A stretch of 63,798 bases of DNA, the filler included, from Octopus bimaculoides (lineage: Eukaryota), in the NCBI RefSeq assembly GCF_001194135.2. It is 5 parts of 5 records of this genome, joined end to end, with 100 filler letters (N's around TTAATTAATTAA, not from the genome) between each part and the next. Parts side by side here need not be neighbours in the genome. Positions count along the whole stretch, not along the records: positions 11,459 to 40,427 come from NC_068996.1; 4 more parts are not named here. One strand, 5' to 3'. The notes below the pieces were generated by a model. That model had not been told where the DNA came from and ran no database searches. It saw only the letters and a list, made by a program, of their open reading frames with translations. Each line of letters begins with the position of its first letter. Within the stretch, counting starts at the first letter, position 1. Both the position numbers and the translations under genes were made by a program. Of the stretch, positions 13,481 to 25,879 are shown in pieces.

Positions 13481-14240
13481 AAGTAAGTTTTATCTACATA
13501 CATATATATATATATATATATANNNNNNNNNNNNNNNNNNNNNNNNNNNNNNNNNNNNNNNNNNNNNNNNNNNNNNNNNNNNNNNNNNNNNNNNNNNNNN
13601 NNNNNNNNNNNNNNNNNNNNNNNNNNNNNNNNNNNNNNNNNNNNNNNNNNNNNNNNNNNNNNNNNNNNNNNNNNNNNNNNNNNNNNNNNNNNNNNNNNNN
13701 NNNNNNNNNNNNNNNNNNNNNNNNNNNNNNNNNNNNNNNNNNNNNNNNNNNNNNNNNNNNNNNNNNNNNNNNNNNNNNNNNNNNNNNNNNNNNNNNNNNN
13801 NNNNNNNNNNNNNNNNNNNNNNNNNNNNNNNNNNNNNNNNNNNNNNNNNNNNNNNNNNNNNNNNNNNNNNNNNNNNNNNNNNNNNNNNNNNNNNNNNNNN
13901 NNNNNNNNNNNNNNNNNNATATATATATATATATATAGTGAGAATTTGCAAAAAAAAAACAAAAGACGAAGACGGATGTGTAAACAACAAACAGATGTAT
14001 TAGTTTAACGCTCGGGAAGTGAGAAAGTCTTTTACGTTTCGAGCCTACGCTCTTCGACAGAAAGGAACACAAAAATAAACAGGGAGGGGAAAATAGAAAA
14101 TAAAGGATATACATATACATATACATATACATACATACATATATATATAAACACACACGCACACACATGCACGCAACACATACACACCCCTGTGTATGTG
14201 TTGCGTGCATGTGTGTGCGTGTTATTTATAGAAGAATATA

Positions 14241-14545
14241 TTACTCAAAAAAATCCAACTTTAATTTTCCTGTTTTATTTACAATCTTGTAATAATAATA
14301 ATATAATATAAGATAATATACAATAATGAAACGATAGAATATTAAATGTCCATTCTGATTGAACTAGTACTTTCATGCATTAAACTATGCAATCTTCAGG
14401 TTCATGTAGTAGTGGTGACAGTTATGTTCTACAATTTACAAGTTCAATCAGAATGGACATTTAATATTCTATCATTTCATTATATTCTATTATTATAAGA
14501 TTGTAAATAAAACGTGAAAAATCAAAGTTGGAATTTCTTTAAGTA

Positions 14546-14546
<1 letters not shown>
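14241..14546. mobile_element. Palindromic MITE, TA-flanked
   Basis: Arms 14241-14365 and 14441-14546 are inverted complements; 75-bp spacer; TA on both sides. Confidence 0.7.
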
Positions 14547-14587
<41 letters not shown>

Positions 14588-14884
14588 TAGTTTACTTGTT
14601 TCAGTTATTTGACTGTGGCCTTTAGTCGAGCAAGTCGACCCCAGGACTTTGTAAGCCTCGTACTTATTCTATCGGTCACTTTTGCCGAACCGCTATATAT
14701 ATAAAGACGTCACTAAAGTAACAGAGGGCATTAAGTGGTAACGGCATTGCTAGAAATAAGAGTCAAAACAACTCGTATTGCTAGCAAGGCCGGTATCACT
14801 TAGTACCCCCTATCGCTTAAGTGGCGTTTATAAATTTACCTTTAGGTTATAAAATTACTAATAAACCACCCATATTATATGTAT

Positions 14885-14937
<53 letters not shown>

Positions 14938-14941
<4 letters not shown>

Positions 14942-16220
14942 GCTGAGTAAAAAGTAAGCAACGTTTTGAAACGTGAAATTCATCGCCATATATTTCAACA
15001 ATGCGCTAATTTTATTCATCAAAGTAAGTACCATTACAATCAACACATTTTTGCCAACGAGTTACAAGTTTGTTTATTCCAGTAAAATAAAAATCTGGAG
15101 TTCTGGAACTGATGAACCCTTTGAACACACTTTCAGCATTGGTTTGATTTTTGAACTCCTTCTCTCATAGGAAATCATTAAAGTGCTTAAGAAAAGTGGT
15201 AGCTGGCAGGAGAAAGGTTTGGGTAATAAGCTGGGTATGGAAGAACTGCGTAGCCAAATTCCCTCAACTTCTGGAGCGTCATTAGTGAAACGTGTGGTTG
15301 AGCATTGTCATGAAGAATGATTGGTCCTCTACTGTTGACCAGTCTGGGACAGAGGAGTAGCAGTTTTTCATTCAATTTGGCAATTTCATGGCAATACGTT
15401 TCTGCAGTAATGGTTTTATCGGGTTTTAAGAAGTTATAGTGGATGAGTCCAGCAGTACACCACCAAACAGTCACTATAACCTTCTTTTTAAAGAGCTCGG
15501 GCTTAGGGAAGGTTTTCGGTGCTTCATTTTGGTCCAACCACTGCGAAGAACGTTTTTTATTATTGTACAGAATCCACTTTTCACGGCAAGTTACAATACG
15601 GTCGAGAAATGGAACAGTTTGGTTATGGAGAAGAAATGACGAGCAAATTTCATATCTGCGCATTTTTTGATTTTCATCCAAATCATGTGGTAGCCATTTG
15701 TCGAGCTTTTTTGATTTTCCAATCGCATTCAAACAGTTGCAGACATTTTTCTGGCTGACTTGAAGTTCTTTTGTCAGTTCTTGGGTGGTTTTACGTGGAT
15801 CTTTCTCAATGGCGTATTTAATTGACCGTCATCGATGACAGATAGGCGTCCACAACACTCACAATCTTCAAGGCTCAGGTCTCCACTGCAAAATCGTTTA
15901 AACCATTTTCGAGCTGACCACTCACTGGTCATTTCTTCACCAAACGTTTCGTTAATATCGTGAGCAGTTTCAGCTACTTTACATCCTTTTTTGAAGTTGA
16001 ATAGCAAAATTGCTTGAATATCGCGCTTTGACAGTTCTATTTCAGATGATTGTAACAACGGTGAAAAAATATCAATGTTAATTTATTGATGCATTTGGGA
16101 AAGTCTATGTCTGTATTATCAAACAATTGCAAAAGATTGTTTAAAAAAATTCCAAACTACAAAAATCCGGTACAAATTCTTCCATGGTTCAAAACGTTGC
16201 TTACTTTTTACTCAACCTAA
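14938..16220 (-). mobile_element. Full-length defective mariner (Hsmar1/cecropia-like)
   Basis: About 30-bp TIRs (TTAGGTTGAGTAAAAAGTAAGCAACGTTTTGAA) flanked by TA; 1283 bp. Frameshifted transposase: IQAILLFNFKKG...WFKRF, WLPHDL, VTCREKW (first catalytic Asp lost), HDNAQPH, YYPNLSP. Confidence 0.93.
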
Positions 16221-16224
16221 TATA

Positions 16225-17640
16225 TCACACTTTCTAACCTCATGACAACCAATTTTAACAGCCATTTCTCCATGACTGCACAGAAGACCTTCTCCTGCGC
16301 TGTGTGTCATCAATCGATACATTCTGTTGTCATCTTCTCTATGAGATGCCAGAAGTTTAGATCATTTCTCAGCTTCACATCCCAAGTTTCCCAGCTTCTT
16401 GAACAGATTCCATTTATTATGAACGAATGGCATTTCTCCACATAGCTATCCTCCTCAAAATGCATCACATGCCTATACCAACTCAATCTTCCACCTATCA
16501 CACTACATCTGACTCTCTTTATGTTCACTTTTTCTCTCAGCTCATTTGTACTCTATCCACCAACATTACGTATCCAGCTAAGCATGCTCACTTCATTTGT
16601 TTCTATCTTTGCAAATCCTCTGCCTTCAACACCCGTGTTTCACTACAATGCTGTATCACTCTTCACATTCAAGTCTCATGCAATCTAACCTTGACCTTGA
16701 GGGGAAAGCTTTTTGTTACCGATGGCTCAGTGGTTAGAGCGTCGGGCTCACAATCATGAGGTAGTTGAGTTCGATTCCTGGATCAGGCTGTGTGTTGTGT
16801 TCTTGAGCAAGACACTTATTTCACATTGCTCCAGTTTACTCAGCTATAGAAATGAGTTGCGACGTCACTGGTGCCAAGCTGTATCGGTCCCTTTGCCTTT
16901 CCCTTGGATAATATCAGTGGTGTGGAGAAGGGAGTCTGGTATGCATGGGCAACTGCTGGTCTTCCATAAACAGCCTTGCCTGGACTTGTGCCTCGGAGGG
17001 GAATTTTCTAGGTGCAATCGCATAGTCATTCGTGACTGAAGGGGATCTTTACCCTTTTACCAACAGATGCAATAATTCCCTCAACGTTTTCCAACCCCTT
17101 TTTACTCAGGCTACTATGCTTTAAGAACACCTATCCCTACTATCACACCTTGATGACTGTGCCTCTGGACATGGCCTGTACAGCTTTCATAAGCCATTTG
17201 TCAACTCCTAGCTTCCTCGGTGACCATAAGACCATAAGCACGGCACCCAATCAAAGGTCTTGTCTAAGCCAATAAATGCCAGTTATAGGGACTTACTTTT
17301 AAATAAGTTCTTTTGCAGAAGGAAGAGTGCATCTGAAGTATCTTTTCCTGGTACATCTCCAAATTGTATCACATCCTAATCGATTGCTCCTGAACATTTT
17401 CGATAACTTTTATAACCTGATCATAGTGCATCTCCTTTAGCCTTCTGGCAGTTAACAATGATGCTACTACACCAGTCACTGAGTCTGTGCTGCTTCCTTT
17501 ATTTCGTGAGTGACTCTACCAAAAATTTCTAAAATAAAGAATAAATGCTGACGGACCAGTTGCTTTCCTTACTGTCATATCCTTAATCATGCTATCTACC
17601 GTACTGTTGTCAGCTTCAATGACTTATCTCTCTGCTAAAT
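16225..17640 (-). mobile_element. RTE-type LINE remnant interrupted by a SINE at 16722-17045
   Basis: GRLSWYRHVMHFEEDSYVEKC C-terminal motif; similar to the family at 21.6 and 34 kb. Confidence 0.75.
16722..17045 (+). mobile_element. tRNA-derived SINE, family D
   Basis: gatggctcagtggttagagcg...gagttcgattcc head followed by gtgttcttgagcaagacact. Confidence 0.8.
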
Positions 17641-17651
17641 CTACTTAGAAT

Positions 17652-17700
<49 letters not shown>

Positions 17701-18279
17701 ATGTATCCTCTCAAAGTCAAGTATTTAGTAGGAAAGATCTTGATATCTCCGTGCAGGAGAATCACGGTGTTCTCATCAAAATCCGTGTTAGCTAATAATT
17801 TACTTTGCATTTATGTATATATACTATACTGCCTCAGTATTGCACCTGCTTGCATAATATGCATTGTTATATCAACCAGTCGTCAACCATTCGAAACAGC
17901 TGTAAAGATATAGCATAAATCTATCAAGTGAATTGTATGCACAATTTTTCATACGCATGCCTCTCTCTTCACCATACATCTCTGCAACTGATGCTTCCTT
18001 TCTGGTTCTGAAGCAGATCTGGAGCAGAGAGGGCATGTCATTGAAGAAGTCGCGAATGGTGACAAACGCCAGTATCGTGTGTCTATCTTCCTGTTTATGT
18101 CAATATGTACACACACACACACACACACATACATACATACATACATACACACGCACACATGCGTACATACAAACATCTATGTGTAGACACAATTATGTGT
18201 GTGTGTATTCAGACAGGCGTGCGTACGCAGGCACACACACTACACACACACACACACACACGAAGCAGAGTTGAATAAG

Positions 18280-19570
18280 ACATATCCATGTAGTGATATT
18301 CAAGAGGTTTTACTGCATCTCAACGTGTTAAATATGACTTATATTTTATTCAAAGCTGCTCCATGCAACTTTATTCAATCCCAGCTTGACCAAGCTTTTG
18401 TGCACATCAGAAAACACACAGTATGCTCTTCTTATTACAATGAATTCATTCTTATCCGAGCTATGAATGACAGATTTGACGTTCGTAGCTGACGAAGCAA
18501 AAAACTCAGAAAGCCATGCATCCTACAATCTAATGGCCTCAAGTCGCAACCCAGAATGTGTTTTCACGCATGCACCGGAAGATAATTTTCTCCCGCGACT
18601 ATTTCTACAGTGGAAGGTCTTCTCGCATCCAAATGCACTCGAATATGTTAAATATGGCTTTACCTGCAATTCTAGCATCCAATTCCTTTTCCTACTTTCA
18701 ATCACTCATAAATAAGACTTTCTTGAGAAGACCAATGTCTTAGTCTTTGCAACATTAATTCTCATCCCTGCTTTGCAGCACTTGGCATCTTGAACCCATT
18801 CAATGTATGCTTGAGATCATCTTCTGATGAACCAAGTAACACCTTGTCGCCTTTAAATATCAGCCGATCGATCCTACACACACCGATTGTGATACCATTT
18901 CCACAATGGTTTGTGCAAGTCAATCCAGTTCATAGAAATTAGGAAAGGGACAGGTGAGAATACTCCTATCAAAGCATGACACCCACATTGGGTGGTTTTG
19001 ATTTAGTATGATTTACTCGAAGACAAACATCCGGGCATTCGCACAGAGACATTATGGTAGCCAGAAGTCACTGATAGATTTTGCTATCGTGCTGCACCTC
19101 TGGTAAATACGATGCGACTTGCAGGATGAAGTGAGAAGCTCTGGTGAATGATGAGATCAGAAACAAACGTGCGGACATTATTACATCCAAATACAGAGAC
19201 CTTCCTGAACAAACTGAGAATGTCGAAATGGGGTGGAAATTTCGTTTGGCAGTTTCTTCTTTGACTGTACAATGCTTTGAACAAAAGCGGATCGGTGCGA
19301 CGCAAGCTGGTAAAAGAAATCCTTGGTTTAAGAAAGAAGTTAAAGATGTCATCCGAGCAAAGAAGGGATCTTACAAAAGCTAGGTTTAGAAACAAGTTTC
19401 CCCTTCTGCGTATGAGGTACACTGAAGCGCGAAAATTTGCAAGAGACTAAAAAAACGTCCAAAGCTAAGTCATGGCAGGACTTTGGATTTAAACTGGACT
19501 CTGACTTAAAACTGGCCAAAAAAGTATTCTGGGAAAACATTTCCCAACTTTGTAAGAAGCCTTCTTACAT
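18280..19570. mobile_element. LINE (RTE-like) remnant in two opposite orientations
   Basis: About 18280-19080 (-): VCLRVNHTKSKPPNVGV...LFLISMNWID (RT core). About 19085-19570 (+): KRNPWFKKEVKDVIRAKK, KSWQDFGFKLDSD...VFW (linker after the endonuclease). Confidence 0.65.
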
Positions 19571-19721
19571 TAATCCGTTGCAGCACTTACCTAGCGTATC
19601 GAATCGTTTAGATCACCACATGCACACACAAACACACACACACACACACACACACATACATGTACACACACTGAGACCTGTAGTAGTTTGTTTTAGTGGT
19701 GATGGTATCAGGTGTTAAAGG

Positions 19722-19788
19722 AGGAGGTAGGAGAGAAGAGGAGGTAGGAGAGAAGAGGAGGTAGGAGAGAAGAGGAGGTAGGAGAGAG
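19722..19788. repeat. 17-bp purine minisatellite (AGGAGGTAGGAGAGAAG), about 4 copies
   Basis: Direct reading. Confidence 0.9.
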
Positions 19789-19989
19789 GAGGAGAAGAAG
19801 GGGAGGAGGGGTGTGTGCGCAAGGTATGTATTTATGCTATGCTTGCGTGCATGTATGTATGTATGCATATTGTGTAATGTAGTGTAATGAGATATGAATG
19901 TATACACACACACGTGTGTGTGACTGTGTCTGTCTGTGTGTGTGTGTGTGTGTGTTTGAATGATGAATAATGACATTATACCATACAAG

Positions 19990-20420
19990 AAAGAATTTTA
20001 ATTTATTAAAATTATCTCCCCTTCCAGAGAAGCTAGAACAGTCAACTTGATGGCAACTGGGAACAACTCTAGCATGAGAAGGGAGATAATCTCAGGAATC
20101 AAGAATTTTCAAACATTGACCAAAGGTCTGATTCTTTTAGAGATAAGACGACTGCTTCAGCCATGCGTTTCTACTTCAAAACGCTTCATCAGCATGGCAA
20201 TTGTACTCCCTTATCTCTGACAGACAAATATATCAAAAGTTTCTTCCAAACCTGCAGACACTAGGCTGGATCTTATCTTGGATCCTGAGTCGTTTAAGTG
20301 ACTTGAAAGTGCAAGAATTCTCTCTAAACTGGACGTGATTCAGTTGCAGCGTTAAACCTTTCCCTCAACTGTCGTCAGCTGTAATTTTCATTCAGGATAC
20401 AACGCACTCTCTCTCTATCT
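19990..20420 (-). mobile_element. Penelope-like 3' end with hammerhead-like motif
   Basis: Decayed GIY-YIG C-terminal-like translation followed by CTGATGA...GAAACG at 20198-20160. Confidence 0.5.
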
Positions 20421-21209
20421 ATCTATCTATCTTTACTCCAGGTAAATTCTATAAACTACATATAAAATATTTTATAGTGTAATATAACGTAATCTGACCG
20501 TCCTGCAAATATTAGATATATTAAAGAATAATTTCACTGACGCTAATATCGTTTATATCAAAATGGTGAAGTTTAGCAGTGTTGCTCGACAGTGGCAGCC
20601 ATATTTTATATATATCAAAAGAAGACTTTATGAGCACTTTAAAAAATATTATTCAAGAATACAAGTTACTGTAGCATTACATTTTCTTCCTGAATATTAG
20701 CCATCAACTCTTAACAATAGACACTGTTTTATGCCAATTATGTCTGGAGCTAAATTGACTTCAGTCATTCCACAACAAGTTGAGAGCAAGTTTAACCCTT
20801 ATATGAAACACAGGACATATTTCATTGGCATCCATACATCAGATATGATACACGTTTCCAATTTTTTCAACCACCACCAGAGTAACTTAGGGACTTATGA
20901 AAGGGAAGGTTTAAATTACTCAGAACATACGAAACCAAAAACTAACAGTCTGGATACCAGTATTGGCATTTAGAGTAAATTTATGAAAATGCTTTGAACA
21001 GGCAAACTGTTAATCTACGTTGTTTTAAGCATCTCATGAACTTCAAGTTCATCAATAGGCGAACTAGTACTCTGCTCAGGGCAGCCCTGGGGTTGCTGGT
21101 GCCCCAGGCTAAGCTGAACTTCAGTGTGTACAAGCTGACAGTCTTGGAAATTTCCTTGTTTTTGTCATGCCTACTTTGGCGCCCTGGGTGACTGCCCGAG
21201 TTGCCAGTA

Positions 21210-21450
21210 CCTTGAGCTGGCCAGTACCTTATGCTGTCCAAATACATTTGGAAACTGAAGAGGCTTAACACAAACTACTTCATCAAATGAAAATTTCTAC
21301 ATAAAAGAAACAATTCATATACTAACATTGTCAAAAAGGCCATCACAAAAGAGTTTAAGACTGGATTGTCCATTGACACTCCTGTATACTAATGATCAAG
21401 TTCTGATAACTTTTTTAAAGGAGAATTAGGAAATTCCAGACATGAAACCT
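21210..21450 (+). mobile_element. Penelope GIY-YIG C-terminal remnant
   Basis: LSKYIWKLK...NYFIK*KFL...SYTNI resembles the C-terminus of the element at 27.4-27.7 kb. Confidence 0.55.
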
Positions 21451-21609
21451 AAAATTGAAAGATCTTAAGTTAACTCAGCAAGGATGAAGCTTTTAGTAAG
21501 TCTGATGTAAGACAGGACCCTGGTATTATGAGGGAAATGGTTTTGCTCGATTTTCAGAAATGGATTGGATATAAATTCCATACGCTGTACCCAATGTAAT
21601 TATGAATAC

Positions 21610-22165
21610 ACAAGAGATGTAGTGCAATCATAGAAAGACTATCAGAAATGTACACTTTGTATGTGATACGTTACATGCACTGGATGGCTCACTAGAAGCA
21701 CTGTTGGCAACAAAGATCTTTTCCATATGATTGAAGGGAAAAGTGTATGATGTTTCTGTTAGAAATGTAATGCTGCATGGTAGTGAGACATGGTTGTATG
21801 CAGAGGACATCAGAAGGCTGGAAAGAAATGGAGCATGCATGTTCTGTTGGATGTACAATGTAAGTGTGCATGAAGGACATATGAAAATGCTGAGAGAAAA
21901 GCCAGGCATAAGGAGGATCAGATGAGATGTACAAGAAAGAAGATTGCATTTGTATGGACATGATGCATATGGATGAAGACTGCTAATTAAATAAATGCTG
22001 ATCACTAAACATGGCTGGAGCTTGTGAACAAGAGTGACCCAGGAAGACACGGGATGAAGTTGTGAATGCTGACTTCAGGTCCTTGAGTCTCTCAGGAGAG
22101 GTGACAAAACACCAGGATGATTGGTGATTTGTGATTCTCAGGAAGACTCACCCGTCTCAGCGAAA
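21610..22165 (+). mobile_element. RTE-type LINE 3' fragment
   Basis: KGKVYDVSVRNVMLHGSETW...RRLERN...MLREKPGIR. Confidence 0.85.
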
Positions 22166-22690
22166 CTGAGTTGCAGTAGAACTGTGTATTTATATTCACA
22201 ACTGGAACCATTGCCCAACTTCCTCCTTCCTCAAGACACCCACCAAAACCCATAACCTCCCTATCTGCAGATCTTCCTGGATACCATTCACTTTCCTTTT
22301 TATCCAGAACCATTTCAGTTATTATCCATCCTTCTCTCCACCCAAATTTTCAATTATCCCTGCCCCCATTGAGCTGCCAATTATCTCTCTTTCCACACCA
22401 CCATACATCTCTCACCCTTCTCATACTCTACGCATGCCTCTCTCTTCACCATCCATCTCTGCAACTGATGCAACATCCTTCCTTTCTGGTCCTGAAGCAG
22501 ATCTGGAGCAGAGAGAGCATGTCATCGAAGAAGTCGCGAATGGTGACAAACGGACTTTCACAATTGATTAACCAATTATTAATCAAAGAATAAATTAATT
22601 AATTGGTCAAATGGTTAACCAATTAACATCAAAGAAGTGAGAAAGAGCCAGTGAATATGATTATTATTGGTATAATAAACCTCCCAAGAT

Positions 22691-22732
<42 letters not shown>

Positions 22733-23514
22733 ACCTGGAGAGGGTCATTATATTAATAATCATATGGGGGTTGGGATGCATAGGCATGGCTGTGTGGTAA
22801 GAAGTTTGCTTTCTAACCACATGGTTACGGGTTCAGTTCCACAGTGTGGCACCTCAGGCCAAACAAAGTCTTGTGAGTGGTTGGTGGTAGCAAGGGCATC
22901 CAGCCATAAAAACCATAAACATGGTGTAGTCTTCTGCCTGGCCAGCTCCTGTCAAACTGTCCAACCCATGAGATCATGGAAAGCAGACATTAAATGATGA
23001 CGATGATACATACATACAATATATATATATATACATATATGTGATAGATCGCTGACCACTACATTTATATTTCTTTTTCTCCTTGTTTTTTCTGTGTTCC
23101 TTTCAGTTGAAGAGCGTAGGCTCGAAAAGTCAAAGATTTTCTCTATTCCCGAACATTAAACTAATACATCCATTTGTTGTTTACACCACCTGTCTTCGTC
23201 TGTTGTTTTTTTTCGTAAATTCTCCCATATATATATACATATATAAACGTCATATATCATCACCAACATCATCATCATTTAATGTTCATTTTTCCATGCT
23301 GACATGGGTTGCATGGTTCAACATGAACTGACATGCCAGAAGGCTACGCCAAGCTCTACTGTCTACTTTGGCATGCTTTCTACAGCCAAATGTCCTTTCT
23401 AACACCCTCAGCTTACCAGCACTGGTCAAACCGTCCAACCCATGCCAGCATGGATAACGGACACTAAATGGTGATGATGATGATATATATAGAGAGAGAA
23501 AGGTGGAGAGAGAT

Positions 23515-23535
23515 TTTGAAGTGATGTACAGATAT

Positions 23536-23582
<47 letters not shown>

Positions 23583-23735
23583 TAAGGTACTCAGAAATCT
23601 GGATGTTTGTACATTTACAGATTTTTATTAATGTCACATATTAAATAAAGCGCTTTTCACCTAGTCGTGTACAAACATCCAGATTTCTGAGTACCTTAAT
23701 TTTTTTCTATATAATTTCTGTACATCACCTCCAAA
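23515..23735. mobile_element. Palindromic MITE-like element
   Basis: Perfect 37-bp inverted repeat (23577-23613 / 23668-23704) nested in an outer imperfect inverted repeat (gaagtgatgtacagatat / atttctgtacatcacctc). Confidence 0.7.
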
Positions 23736-23738
23736 CCT

Positions 23739-23829
<91 letters not shown>

Positions 23830-24299
23830 AGGATCATCGTTCCATCCAAAGGTTATTACAATACGTGTGTGTCTGTAATACTCTTATAATGACAGAAGAG
23901 ACAATTCTAGATGCAACCACTTCAAAATTTGCAAAAAAGCTATAAAATGTTTTGTGAAATTATAAATCTAAGGGAAGTAACTCAATCTAAGGGACGTAAT
24001 CTCGCAACATTTTTTTTTTCTTTTTTAATGCAATACGGATATACTATTCTGTCTTCAGTTCATAATACAATACAGCTTTACTAACTCTTAACATAGAAAG
24101 GTATCCTTCGATCTTGGCTATTTCATACAATAACTTCAGCAACCAGGACCTTTCTAATGCAGTAGATATTGCTTCCTCAGGGTTATTTGCAAAGGATGAC
24201 ATTATCACATGGCAGAAATTTTGTGGCTCAGACTCATGATATATGGTTGTGGTATAAAAGTAAGTTCACAATGCATAATCTATTGAAAATTCAAGATCC

Positions 24300-25329
24300 A
24301 CTGGTTCGGCAAGGATTCTCAGTTGCTCAATATGTTGTATCAAGAAGTTCTGTCTCAAAAGTAATGACAGCCTTTCAGAAAGAGGGAAAAACCTTCTCGT
24401 CAAAGCAAAACTCCAGAAGAAAACCAAAACTTTCAGATAGGGACCATCGGATTTTAACGCGAATAGTTTGAAAGGATCACAAAAGTACAGCTCCCAAAAT
24501 TACTGCAGAGCTTAACGACCACCTCGAGAACCCAGTTTCCACAAAAACTGTTTGCCGGGAGCTGCACAAAGATGGATTTCATAGGAGGGCTGCAATCAGA
24601 AAACCACTATTTTCAAAAACAAACACTGCAAAGCGTTTAGAGTGAAATTAAAAACCTACAGAATTGGTCCCTAGAGCAGTGGAAGAATTTTATTTTCTCG
24701 GATAAGTCATCCTTTACCTTATTTCTGACCACCGGCCGAGTATACATGTGGAAACAGCCAAAAGAAGCTTTTGATCCAGACTACCTTCTTCCAACTGTTA
24801 AACATGGAGGAGGATCTGTGATGATCTGGGGTGCTATATCTTGGAAATCCACTGGCCCAATGGTTTTCCTTCATGGCAGAATTAACAGTCAAGACTATTT
24901 AAGCAGTTTATCTGATCAAATTCATCCTATGGTTGTGGAACTGTTTCCGGAGGGAGACGCAATCTTTCAAGATGATAATGTATTAATTCACACAGCTAAA
25001 GTTGTTACTGAATGGCACAAGGAACATTCTAGTGAAGTTAAACATCTTATCTGGCCACCACAGTCCCCGGATCTCAATATTATTGAACATTTATGTTGCA
25101 TTTTAGAAAAACAAGTAAGGAGTTGATATCGTCCACCATCATCACTACAAGAACTGGAGACTGTTTTAGCTGAAGAATGAACAAAATTCCTTTGGAAACA
25201 ATTCAGACTTAGTACAAGACCATAGCTCATAGGATTCACGCTGTAATTACTGCCAAAGGTGGTCCTACACCATATGAAAATAAATTTGTTTGAAATTTAA
25301 AGGTATTTCCATTATTTTGTCCAACCCCT
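24300..25329 (+). mobile_element. 5'-truncated Tc1-type (DD34E) transposon
   Basis: RKPKLSDRDHR, KHGGGSVMIWG, FQDDN and WPPQSPDLNIIEHL motifs. Right TIR-like end ...CCATTATTTTGTCCAACCCC; left TIR not found. Confidence 0.88.
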
Positions 25330-25879
25330 ATCATCATCGTTGTCGTTTAACGTCCGCTTTCCATGCTAGCATGGGTTGGACGATTTGACTGAGGACTGGT
25401 GAACCAGATGGTTACACCAGGCTCCAATCTGATTTGGCAGAGTTTCTATAGCTGGATGCCCTTCCTAACGCCAACCACTCCGAGAGTGTAGTGGGTGCTT
25501 TTACGTTCCACCGGCACGAAGGCCAGTCAGGAGGTACTGGCAACAGCTATATATATAAGTTAATTAAAATAATAGGGTAAAAAATTTTATATTAATTAAT
25601 ATCAATTTAATACCAGGAAAACAGCACATTAAAAGAATCAATTATATATATATGTATGGATATATATATATATATATATAGCAATGTTAAATCTCTGAAC
25701 GAGGTATAAACAGTAACTGCACGATAACGTGAAGTATATTTGCCACTTAAATGCAGCTAAACCCTAAGGGTGAATGTTACTGTTGCTTTTAGCCCGAGGA
25801 TAACATCTCCTCCAGCTGGCTATTGGCACACATCTGTGCCGTCTGTATTTGCAAAGGGAAGTCATCCTTCTCATCTTGA

